Shown one piece after another: positions 1 through 9,167 of a stretch of DNA of 64,000 nucleotides. The stretch lies in the NCBI GenBank assembly GCA_965656495.1, contig CBFHKU010000002.1:128001-192000 (forward strand), in the 5' to 3' direction. The notes under the pieces are model-generated. The model saw nothing but the letters and a program-made list of their open reading frames with translations, did no database searches and had not been told where the DNA came from. Source of the DNA: Coraliomargaritaceae bacterium. Its GTDB lineage: Bacteria; Verrucomicrobiota; Verrucomicrobiia; Opitutales; Coraliomargaritaceae. Within the stretch, counting starts at the first letter, position 1. The number at the start of each line of letters is the position of its first letter. The translations under genes and the position numbers were made by a program.

Positions 1-3000
1 TGGCTCTAGGCGAATTACAGAAAAGTACCGGCCCTGACCAACGCGTCTCCGCACCGGCAGATCTGCTGTCCGCAACCCACGAAAGTCGTGCGAATGTAGT
101 CGGTGTCTGGTCGCGCAATGATCAACTAATCAATTGGCTTGCATCCGATGCACGAGACACCAACGGCACCCTTAGAACTGATTACAATACCTATGAGATG
201 CCCGATGAAGAAGGCAGTGACAGTATTGTTATGGTAGGCACAGGCAGCCTCACAAACCCGAACAGCACCGCAATCTCAGCAGGCAAGAAAATCGTCCTGA
301 ATACCGCAAACACACGTACCTTGGGAAATAACGGAGAACAAACCGGGCGCTTTGCATGGTGGATTGGCGATGAAGGCACCAAGGCAAAGATCAATCGCAG
401 CAGAGAACAGACCCTAAATCTAGAACGCTCAATACTAGAACTATCCAGCCCAAGCATCACTCGCCCCGATGTTTTAGATGGCCTCAGTGATATCGATTTT
501 TTTGCGGCAAAGGATGCCAGCAGTTTGATTAAACTTGCTGACTTGGAACTACTCGAAGGTGGCAAAGAGGGTATCGGCAACCCCTACTTCCACGACCTTA
601 CCACCTATTCAGTGGGGCTCATGGTCGACGTTAAAAACGGCGGCTTGAAAAAAGACCTCTCACTCGCTTTCGAAATGGATGATGCTGATTTTAATGCGTC
701 AGAATTCGGCTCGGGTGGTTTAAACACGATCAACGCCCCAGGCGTTGGCGAAGTACAACCAATTTTCACAATCGCTGCAAATGGTGCCCATGGCCCCGTG
801 TGGCACCTCCTTCGTGATTACTATCGGCTCTATCATTTGATCGAAAACCCATGGAATGACCCCAAATTAGATGCTCGGGTCTTTGGCCCCAACATGAACC
901 ACAGCAGACTGAATATGCCGAGAAAAGCATTCAACGACTCTGCAGTCAATATTGACTGGCAACCAGCCATCGCCATGGCTGGCGGCAAGGCGAAACTGCA
1001 ACCACATACCTTCGGTAAGGATGAGGGGCAGGCACTCATAAGCGATCAAGACAGCATAACCACAGGTCGAGGCGATCAAAAAGATGCAAATGCGGTGATT
1101 GAGTTCTCAATGAATCCTGAAGACTCCATCAGACAATCCAACGGTGATCCACTCAATGGCGGAGGGACCATGCCGATCATGTTGTCTGCAAACTACATGC
1201 CTTACATGATGCGCTATCTCGGTGAAACTGGCGTGTGGTTTGGCACGAAAAAGCCAAAGACAGATGATCCGGACGACCCTGAAACCATGTCGACCTTAAA
1301 CATCGCTAGTCGTGAACGCTTCATCATGCACAATCCATACAACGTGACCTTAGTGCATGGTGATATTGCGATTGATGCCTTTGGTGGTGAGCTCGGATTC
1401 CACCTGTTTGATAAGGACGATAAGTCGATTAAATTCAAAGAAGTTGGAAAAGATAAGGACACCGGAAACAAAGTGCTGGAGGACGTGAAGGACGGCACAT
1501 GGATGCAGGTTTCAAGGCGAAAACTTCGCATGCAAGCCAACGAATTAGAACCCGGGCAGATCATCACCTACCAAGCGAACGACTATGGTAGTAACAATTA
1601 CTCCGCGATTGGAACCGACCCGACATGGCACCACTTTAAAACAAGCAATAAGGACGGAAATGACGGCTGGCTCTTTGAGCCGCCCGTGGATGATGCAAAT
1701 CCACTGACTCTCGCCGTCTTTGGCTCAGATATCACCAATATCATGCGGACAGGAAGCTTAGGGAACCAAAACGAAGTGAGCTTCTCGACGCTCTTTTTCT
1801 CTACCCACCTCAGAGACGGCAATGCGCAAAGGAATGACAAAACAATCGAGCATCGTTGGCCGATGGCTTCAGTCATCGACACTGCGGTCGTTCTGCCTGG
1901 ATCGAAATTTGATGGCACAGATAAGCCATCTGGCCTTGCACATTTCTACCCCGAAGCAACTGACTCAAAGAAAATCTACCCCTATTATCTCTCCAATGAG
2001 GTGAATACATTCACGATCACACCTGCTGATTTAGCGATTCATAGCACGCAGAATAACGCCAAGCCGATGCTCACTCTTGATGTGCTACTCAAGCCAGCAG
2101 AATACGATCGTAGCAACACACGCTACCCCGCCTTCACACGATCGAATCCACTGGCACCCGTCAAAGACAACAAGAACCTCCTCCCGCTGGATGATCTGAC
2201 CAATGATACTGACACCCTTAAGGGCGGCTTTCCAAAAGTCTCGCCAGACATGGCTGTCGATTACACCAACTCCTCCACGATGGGACTCACCGGTGCGTTA
2301 AACACCTGGGGACCGACGGATGGTATGATTGCTCGTGTCGATGCACCCGTGCTCATCGAGTTACCAACTAGCCCAGTGCTATCGATCGGTAAACTGCAGC
2401 ATGCCAACCTCAGTGTGCATGCGCATATGCCCGCACTTGCAGTCGCCAATTCACTCGCATCCGTCTACATTCCACCTGCTAAAACCTACGAAACTTACCA
2501 AAATAACTACGGAAAAAACCGTGTCTTTTACGATTTATCCTACCTGATGAATGAAGCCCTCTGGGATGGCTATTTTTTCTCTAGTCTATCAGTCCCGTAT
2601 GATGACACTGACTTTTATAGCCCGGTAACCGGCAAGATCCTTGAAACATTTAATAATGCCTTTGAAACGGGCACAACGCCACTACCCAATCCACGTAACA
2701 AGCTCTTCACGATCGCTGGTGAAGATTCAAAGAGCGTAGAAGAAAAATTATTCGACGGCAATGCGATCAAAGAAGACGCTTACAAACGAATCGCCGAAAA
2801 CCTCGTATGTGACGGTAGCTTTAACGTCAACTCAACCTCGGTCGATGCCTGGAGAACTGTACTTTCCGGTGCGCGTGACCTCTCCGTATATCAATCAGGC
2901 CAAAACTCCCCCACCCTTATCCCCAACGCTTCCACTACCTTCCTTCGACACAATCGGCCTAAAGAAGGTTACTGGGATGGCGTCAGTGATCTGGATAAAG

Positions 3001-3632
3001 AAGCATGGGCAGGCTTCCGCTCACTCTCCGACGCGAATATTACCGACCTCGCGGAGGCAATTGTTACCGAGCTCAAAGCACGCGTGGCGAATAACAACAA
3101 TCAGCCATATTTATCCCTCGGCGATTTTGTCAATCGAGAGCTAGAGGACTCCGAATCAGGTCGTTGCGGCTTACTGCAAGCCGCCATCAATCGTGCAGCA
3201 CTGAATCAAAGCTTCTTGGATAACAGCCTCTCTACAATTGATAGTAGTAGCCTCAGCAACCCCACGATCGGTAAATTCAACTCACCGGATAATATTCTTG
3301 AAGCATGGATCAGTAATGCGACTGCAAGCATGTCCGCTCCGACCTATCTAATGCAGGCCGACATTTTACAGGCGATTGGCTCCTTCATCAGTGTGCGTAG
3401 TGATACCTTTAAAATACGCTCCTATGGCGATTACAGAGATCCATTAACCGGAGAGGTGCTCTCAGAGGTCTGGTATGAAGCCATTGTTCAACGCATTCCC
3501 GAACCAGTCACTCCGGATGGCGCTTTCACTCCAGCGCAACCCGAATACTGGAATGCCGCCCGCCCTGAAAACCCATTCGGCCGCCGCTACAAGATTATTT
3601 CGATCCGTCAACTCCCGCAAGGTGAGGTATAA
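1..3632 (+). CDS. Large Verru_Chthon cassette protein A-like / PilX-GspK-like pseudopilin-cassette protein, 5'-truncated by the window edge
   Basis: The frame is open from base 3 (ALGELQKSTGPDQRVSAPA), so the ORF-track start at 198 is internal. It has the motifs GRFAWWIGDEGTKAKIN, FNVNSTSVDAW and C-terminal PTYLMQADILQAIG..SVRSDTF.IRSYG...FGRRYKI that I recognise from this verrucomicrobial family. Confidence 0.7.
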   Translation, partial: ALGELQKSTGPDQRVSAPADLLSATHESRANVVGVWSRNDQLINWLASDARDTNGTLRTDYNTYEMPDEEGSDSIVMVGTGSLTNPNSTAISAGKKIVLNTANTRTLGNNGEQTGRFAWWIGDEGTKAKINRSREQTLNLERSILELSSPSITRPDVLDGLSDIDFFAAKDASSLIKLADLELLEGGKEGIGNPYFHDLTTYSVGLMVDVKNGGLKKDLSLAFEMDDADFNASEFGSGGLNTINAPGVGEVQPIFTIAANGAHGPVWHLLRDYYRLYHLIENPWNDPKLDARVFGPNMNHSRLNMPRKAFNDSAVNIDWQPAIAMAGGKAKLQPHTFGKDEGQALISDQDSITTGRGDQKDANAVIEFSMNPEDSIRQSNGDPLNGGGTMPIMLSANYMPYMMRYLGETGVWFGTKKPKTDDPDDPETMSTLNIASRERFIMHNPYNVTLVHGDIAIDAFGGELGFHLFDKDDKSIKFKEVGKDKDTGNKVLEDVKDGTWMQVSRRKLRMQANELEPGQIITYQANDYGSNNYSAIGTDPTWHHFKTSNKDGNDGWLFEPPVDDANPLTLAVFGSDITNIMRTGSLGNQNEVSFSTLFFSTHLRDGNAQRNDKTIEHRWPMASVIDTAVVLPGSKFDGTDKPSGLAHFYPEATDSKKIYPYYLSNEVNTFTITPADLAIHSTQNNAKPMLTLDVLLKPAEYDRSNTRYPAFTRSNPLAPVKDNKNLLPLDDLTNDTDTLKGGFPKVSPDMAVDYTNSSTMGLTGALNTWGPTDGMIARVDAPVLIELPTSPVLSIGKLQHANLSVHAHMPALAVANSLASVYIPPAKTYETYQNNYGKNRVFYDLSYLMNEALWDGYFFSSLSVPYDDTDFYSPVTGKILETFNNAFETGTTPLPNPRNKLFTIAGEDSKSVEEKLFDGNAIKEDAYKRIAENLVCDGSFNVNSTSVDAWRTVLSGARDLSVYQSGQNSPTLIPNASTTFLRHNRPKEGYWDGVSDLDKEAWAGFRSLSDANITDLAEAIVTELKARVANNNNQPYLSLGDFVNRELEDSESGRCGLLQAAINRAALNQSFLDNSLSTIDSSSLSNPTIGKFNSPDNILEAWISNATASMSAPTYLMQADILQAIGSFISVRSDTFKIRSYGDYRDPLTGEVLSEVWYEAIVQRIPEPVTPDGAFTPAQPEYWNAARPENPFGRRYKIISIRQLPQGEV

Positions 3633-3666
3633 CTCAAGTGCCACCCCAATAAAGAACACTTCGCTC

Positions 3667-4380
3667 ATGCTCATCCGTCACATTCTGATTATCACACTCG
3701 CTGCATGCGCAACGGCACTTAACGCACAGAATAAGCCGGCACAAGTACGACTCACCGCACTGTCGCTCAACGCAAGAATTCTGGATCTCAAGTATGAGAG
3801 TCAGGGAAAAGTCGGGTCGCTCCACGCCTACAAAAACAAACGTTCCAAAGCCTTTGATTATACTGGGCCTAGAACCATTACCTTTTTTCGTGAATCGGGC
3901 GCATTAGATGAAGATGGAAATCCTGTGCGCACGACTGTTGCGACCTGCAAACTGCCGAGTAAACGCGGTCAATTCTTACTCATCCTATCCAAGTTAGATA
4001 AGAACAAAGAAGCCTATACAATTCTCCCAATCGCAGACGACTGGGATCAATTCAAATCCGGCACCTATCGTTTCCTGAATTTAGCCCCCTTCGACATTGC
4101 ACTGAAGCTCAAGGATACCGTGCACACGATCAAAGAACGGAATTTCACCGATGTCAGTGGGGATTTCAAAGACGACAGTAACCAAAAAGCTATTATGGTC
4201 AGCTTACCAGATGGCGAAAATCCAGTCCGTGTCTTTGAAGGCTATATCTACTACACAGAAGAACTACGTATGCTCTATATCATCACCCCAAAACCGGGAA
4301 ACCGCGCAGGACGCGTGAACTTCATCGCAGTTCCACAAAATGTAAATTCGAGACAAACCACGTCCAAACAGAAAAATTAG
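3667..4380 (+). CDS. Secreted hypothetical protein, probable partner of the upstream cassette protein
   Basis: ATG at 3667 (MLIRHILIITLAACATALNA, signal peptide) removes the overlap with the upstream gene. Contains a YRFLNLAP..IAL beta-rich segment. Confidence 0.7.
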   Translation: MLIRHILIITLAACATALNAQNKPAQVRLTALSLNARILDLKYESQGKVGSLHAYKNKRSKAFDYTGPRTITFFRESGALDEDGNPVRTTVATCKLPSKRGQFLLILSKLDKNKEAYTILPIADDWDQFKSGTYRFLNLAPFDIALKLKDTVHTIKERNFTDVSGDFKDDSNQKAIMVSLPDGENPVRVFEGYIYYTEELRMLYIITPKPGNRAGRVNFIAVPQNVNSRQTTSKQKN

Positions 4381-4425
4381 CGAAACTCACCAACAATTCC
4401 TTTTAAATTTAACAAGACAAAAAGC

Positions 4426-5733
4426 ATGAATAATAAACATAACACTCTCCGCCGGGACTTCCTGAAGCAATCCGCAGCTGCGGCTGGCTATCTTCTTGGA
4501 GCTCCCATGATTATCAAATCCGAAGTGCTCGGTAATTCCAAAAAGGCGTCCGCCAACTCACGGCTGGGCATCGGCTTCATCGGCACCGGACTCATCGCAG
4601 ATGGGCATTTGAAAACCTTTGCTGGCATGAAGGAGGTTCAAGCCGTCGCTGCCTGCGATGTTCGCCAGAGCAGCCTCGACGAAGCGCTTACAAAACTCGC
4701 GAAAAAAGGCGCTACCTCGGTCCAAGCGACCCGAGACTCTGATGAAGTGATTCAGAACCCGGATGTCGACATCGTCTGTATTTCGACACCCGACCATTGG
4801 CACGCAGCACTTGCGATCGCAGCAATGAAGGCAGGTAAGGATGTCTATGTTGAAAAGCCAATGACCATGACCGTCGAAGAAGGTAAAGCCGTATTGGCCG
4901 CGGAGCAGAAGTATGGTCGCATCCTTCAAGTGGGCTCACAACAACGCTCTACCGTCTATTTCCGTATCGCTGCAAACCTCGTGCGCAACGGCTTGATTGG
5001 TAATGTAAAGGAGATCTATTGCAGAATTGGAGATTTCCCGCTTCCACCCGAAAACGAACCCGTCGTCCCGGTTCCGGAAGGCTTCGACTATGATCGCTGG
5101 CTCGGACCAACCCCATTCTATGAGTATACAGACCATCGTGTTCTGGGCAAATTTGGTAATGGCTGGCGTTGCTACTGGGACTATGGTAACCGCAAGTTCG
5201 GCGACTGGGGCGCACACCACTTCGATATTGTGCAGTGGGCACTCGACCGCGACCACACCGGCCCGGTTGAGTTCATTCCGAAGGGATACAATGGCTCAGA
5301 ACACCATCACTACCGTTATGCAGATGGCATTACCGTATGGCGCGACAAGAAGCCTGCCGGCGTTGACCCGAAGGACAAAACTCAGATCCGCTTCATTGGC
5401 ACTGAAGGCGAAGTGCACGTTAGCCGTGGCAGTATTGAGACGATCCCCGTAGACCTACGCCGCACACGCTTCGGCCCCGGCGACATCCAAGTTTACGAGT
5501 CCAAGAACCACCGTCAAAACTTCATCGACTGCGTCATCTCACGTAAGAAGCCGATTTGCCCGGCAAGCGTAGGTCATCGCTCCGGAACCATTTGCCAAGT
5601 CGCCGCCATCGCCGAACGCACAGGCCGCGCCCTCAAATGGGATCCTAATGCAGAGCAAATCGTTGGCGACTCCGAAGCACAAGCCATGCAGGGCCGTCCA
5701 CGCCGCGCAGGCTACGAACTACCGACCCTATAG
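4426..5733 (+). CDS. Tat-exported Gfo/Idh/MocA family oxidoreductase
   Basis: Twin-arginine signal LRRDFLK; GFIGTG; STPDHWH; YVEKP; QVGSQQRS; GDWGAHHFD. Confidence 0.92.
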   Translation: MNNKHNTLRRDFLKQSAAAAGYLLGAPMIIKSEVLGNSKKASANSRLGIGFIGTGLIADGHLKTFAGMKEVQAVAACDVRQSSLDEALTKLAKKGATSVQATRDSDEVIQNPDVDIVCISTPDHWHAALAIAAMKAGKDVYVEKPMTMTVEEGKAVLAAEQKYGRILQVGSQQRSTVYFRIAANLVRNGLIGNVKEIYCRIGDFPLPPENEPVVPVPEGFDYDRWLGPTPFYEYTDHRVLGKFGNGWRCYWDYGNRKFGDWGAHHFDIVQWALDRDHTGPVEFIPKGYNGSEHHHYRYADGITVWRDKKPAGVDPKDKTQIRFIGTEGEVHVSRGSIETIPVDLRRTRFGPGDIQVYESKNHRQNFIDCVISRKKPICPASVGHRSGTICQVAAIAERTGRALKWDPNAEQIVGDSEAQAMQGRPRRAGYELPTL

Positions 5734-5843
5734 TTAGTGTGATTTAACAACATCACACCATTCGCAGCTTCTTAATTTACAAGGCATCACCCTGCCCCAA
5801 CCCATGAATTGAAATAAATATATTAATCTTAAAACCCCATCCA

Positions 5844-8594
5844 ATGCAAACAAAAGCCATAACTAAACTCACATTTGCCCTGTTTTCTCAATGCCTATAT
5901 TTGGCGCTGCTAAACGGTGAAACTGCCGATCCCACCCTAAGGTTGGCCGAAACATTGGGCGCCCCTTCTGAGGAGACCGCCCCCGAGGAAGCAAACCCCA
6001 AAGCCAGTAAAGGCCCTGAAGCCTTTAGGTTGCCGGAAATAAGCGATGGCGACGCTGCTACCGAAGAAGCTGAAGGTAAAACTCAAGAGATCGATGGTGA
6101 AGAAGTCTACATCATGAATGAATTCGAAGTGTCGGCAGAAAAAGACACGGGCTATTACTCTGCCAATACTCTTTCTGGCACACGCACGAATGCACTCATC
6201 AAAGACACGCCGGTTTCCATCTCGGTGGTCAATGAGCAACTGATTGATGACCTGAACCTGAGTAGTATCGCCGATCTCAGCGAGGTTTTGTCCAGTGTGG
6301 ATGTGGACGACGAAGATGCGCAATTCAAGGGCTCGGGAGAGTTGAATATTCGCGGCCTTTTCTCACGTAATCAGCTGTTTGAGTTCTTCCCAAGAGCCTT
6401 ACCTAAGGAGTCTTATAATACCGGGCGCATCGAACTGATCGGAGGCACCAACAGCCTGACGGTCGGTCAGGCGGAGCCCGGAGGCAAGGTGAATTCCGGC
6501 GGCAAAAAAGCGACCTTCGGGAATGATAAAACCGAGCTGGAGTTCATGGGAGGTAATTTTGAGAAGCGTGGCAGCTTCGAGCGAAACATGCAAATTAATG
6601 ATAGCTTGGCCGTGAACGTCATGGGCGGCTATCGTGAAAACTGGCGCGAGCAGCAATATTCGAACCGTGAATTCAAAGGCGCAACGGTCGCTGCGACTTA
6701 TCGGCCCACCAATAAGACCCAAATTCAGCTACACCTCGAAGGTGTTTCCCAAGAGGTAGTGGATGCGCCAACAGGTTTCAAGATGCATAACAACATCAAA
6801 GCGGGGCTGGGGCTTTTAGTTGATCCTTATAATCCAGACATCCTGGATCTTCTTCCGGAAGACTTGCTTGCCCATGGGGTCGAGATCATGAATAGCGACG
6901 ATAACAAGTTTGCGTTCGATTTTGTTGATGAAAACAACGCCCCTAGAGATGGCACGGTCGAAGACATGCACGCATACTTGGAAGAGCACATGATCCCCAC
7001 AAAAGACACTGGTAAATTTGTAGGCGACGACACTTACCAACGTGTGCAGGGCCACCTAGAAATTATCGACATTACACATGCCTTCTCCGATAATTTGCAG
7101 GGCAAGTTAGCGTTTTTCCATGAGACCTATGAGCGCGACTACAGGAGGAATGGCACAGGAGCAGTGACAACCAAACGCGGCGACTTAGAGTATGACCCTT
7201 ATGTAGAGGTCAACTGGAAGAGAGGCACAGAGGATATCGAACAAAATTCCTTACGTGGGATGCTCTCATGGACTAAAGAGCTTAAAAAGAGTCGACACCA
7301 AGTACTCTTAGGAGTGGATCTTGACCACGCCAAGGCACGGGAAACAATCGATGACCTCCTTGATCTGGATGAGGGCAACTACACTCTAGGTGGCACTTAC
7401 AAGAATAAACAAAAATGGGAAAGGCCATTTGATATAACTGCCCAGAACCCGGTAAATTCCTATTATAGTGTGGCGCCCGAAAATCCAGATGTGAATTCGA
7501 TCTGGGCACAATCTAGAGATGATAACACAATCACGCGCTATGCGGGGCTCTGGTCTGCTCTACAGAGTAGCTTCTTTAATGGACGCATGCATTTTCTCGC
7601 TGGCATGCGCCTCAACTATTCTGATGCGGAAGTGGATAGCATGAATTATCAAAAAGACGTGAAACTGGATGATGGAGATGTTGTTCGTAGTGCAACCCCC
7701 AACATCGGTGCTGTTTACTGGTTTACAGAAAATGTAGGCATTCAAGGTAGTTGGTCGCGCTCCGTTCAATCACAAGATGGTTTTGACCAGCAACCCAATG
7801 GCGACCCTATGCCGCCGGAAAAAGGCGAAGGCATGGAAATTGGTTTCCGATTTGATTACCCCAACCAGAATATCAGCGCAGACCTAGCTTACTACAAGAT
7901 CGTCAAAATGAATGCACGAAGTAGTAATGAGGATATTCCGGACGAGTGGTTTTGGCGGGACGGTCCTTATACAGACAACTGGAGCGACTACGATCCAAAT
8001 GATCCAAATGACGTATTTGATCTTAAAGATGACTATGACAATACGGTTGCTAACTACAAGATCCCGGGCACTGAACTGACCTCTGAAGGCATTGACCTGA
8101 AGCTAAACTATAACCCGAGCAAGTCATTGTCGTTTCGCTTAGGTTACGCCCGAAACCTGGTAACAACCTCCAAGTCGCCTAGTGGCACCCGCGATGGCGA
8201 TACCAAAAATGGTAATTCGCTTCATCGCCTGACACTTAATGTGAGCTATGCCTTTAAGGATGGTCCACTGAAAGGGCTCCGACTTGGGGCGAACCAAAGA
8301 TACCGGAGCGGCCTCCTATTGGACACAGTCTATGAAGATTCCGACTTAGACGGCGAGCAAAACTCCCCGAAAGATGGCGATTTGAGAAAATGGGAAATCT
8401 ATCTGGAGGACGAATGGTTAACGGATGCGTTTGTCAGCTGGAGCGGTCAGATGCCATGGGCGAAGGGCCGCAAATATCCAAAGTTTGGGCTGCAAATGAA
8501 CGTGAAAAATGTGTTTGATAATCGTCAATTATCAAAGAGCGGTCGTCCGCTGAGCCCACGTGCTTACTTCGTCAAAGCATCCATGGACTTCTAA
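5844..8594 (+). CDS. TonB-dependent receptor
   Basis: Signal peptide; plug motif Y.SANTLSGTRTNALIKDTPVSISVV..QLIDD; RIELIGG; NVKNVFD near the C-terminus; ends in Phe. Confidence 0.9.
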   Translation: MQTKAITKLTFALFSQCLYLALLNGETADPTLRLAETLGAPSEETAPEEANPKASKGPEAFRLPEISDGDAATEEAEGKTQEIDGEEVYIMNEFEVSAEKDTGYYSANTLSGTRTNALIKDTPVSISVVNEQLIDDLNLSSIADLSEVLSSVDVDDEDAQFKGSGELNIRGLFSRNQLFEFFPRALPKESYNTGRIELIGGTNSLTVGQAEPGGKVNSGGKKATFGNDKTELEFMGGNFEKRGSFERNMQINDSLAVNVMGGYRENWREQQYSNREFKGATVAATYRPTNKTQIQLHLEGVSQEVVDAPTGFKMHNNIKAGLGLLVDPYNPDILDLLPEDLLAHGVEIMNSDDNKFAFDFVDENNAPRDGTVEDMHAYLEEHMIPTKDTGKFVGDDTYQRVQGHLEIIDITHAFSDNLQGKLAFFHETYERDYRRNGTGAVTTKRGDLEYDPYVEVNWKRGTEDIEQNSLRGMLSWTKELKKSRHQVLLGVDLDHAKARETIDDLLDLDEGNYTLGGTYKNKQKWERPFDITAQNPVNSYYSVAPENPDVNSIWAQSRDDNTITRYAGLWSALQSSFFNGRMHFLAGMRLNYSDAEVDSMNYQKDVKLDDGDVVRSATPNIGAVYWFTENVGIQGSWSRSVQSQDGFDQQPNGDPMPPEKGEGMEIGFRFDYPNQNISADLAYYKIVKMNARSSNEDIPDEWFWRDGPYTDNWSDYDPNDPNDVFDLKDDYDNTVANYKIPGTELTSEGIDLKLNYNPSKSLSFRLGYARNLVTTSKSPSGTRDGDTKNGNSLHRLTLNVSYAFKDGPLKGLRLGANQRYRSGLLLDTVYEDSDLDGEQNSPKDGDLRKWEIYLEDEWLTDAFVSWSGQMPWAKGRKYPKFGLQMNVKNVFDNRQLSKSGRPLSPRAYFVKASMDF

Positions 8595-8642
8595 GTCAGA
8601 TGGAATTATATTCTATAGAGGTATTTTCTGCCACAAAGCCAT

Positions 8643-9002
8643 GCAGGAGCGGCATCTTTTAATGCTCCGTTTAAACGACTGCGCAATGAGCCCATCATGA
8701 GGGACGTGGGCGGAAACATTTGCGGCGAAAAAGGCGGCGGTATTCATACCACCTCAACCAACGTTATCGGCTGGACTATCTCTGAGCAACCACTGGCCTA
8801 CTCGCGCACAGTCACTTGGGACGATGAACAGACCATTAAACAAGGTTCGTTCGAACGCCCTCAGCTACTCATCAAAAATGGCATTCCCACCCACCTCTTT
8901 GCAGCAACCGCAGACGGACCCGGCGGATTCCACAAAGCCGAAAACACTTGGAATATCTGTATTCCTCTAGGCAATCGCACCGAAGCCAAGCCAAAGTACT
9001 AG
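8643..9002 (+). pseudogene. C-terminal relic of a five-bladed beta-propeller glycoside hydrolase (GH43/62/32/68/117/130-like)
   Basis: About 120 codons only (APFKRLRNEPI-MRD...AYSRTVTW...FERPQLL..G.PTHLFAAT.DG.GGF....TWN..IPL). In-frame TAG at 8616, no signal peptide, no N-terminal blades. Confidence 0.6.
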
Positions 9003-9167
9003 AGCGTATTCATTTCCGCACACTCAATGAATGGCTTGAAACGCAGCCTGGCCAAACTCGCGTCTCTTCTGTCGCCAAGCTGCGACATTAACTGCGGCAA
9101 TACATCCCTCTTTTAGTATTCCGTGATTGTTGCCTGAAAAAGTGAAAGCCTGGTATGAGTTATCGAC

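Noticed and set aside
7992..8011. 9-bp tandem repeat GATCCAAAT in the TonB receptor
   Set aside because: Only two in-frame units (DPNDPND) in a probable loop; not a contingency locus.
8620..8634. GGTATTTTCTGCCAC resembling a regulon half-site
   Set aside because: Single degenerate half-site, no CTTGG, no partner at 21 bp, and it would point into the 3' end of the TonB receptor gene.
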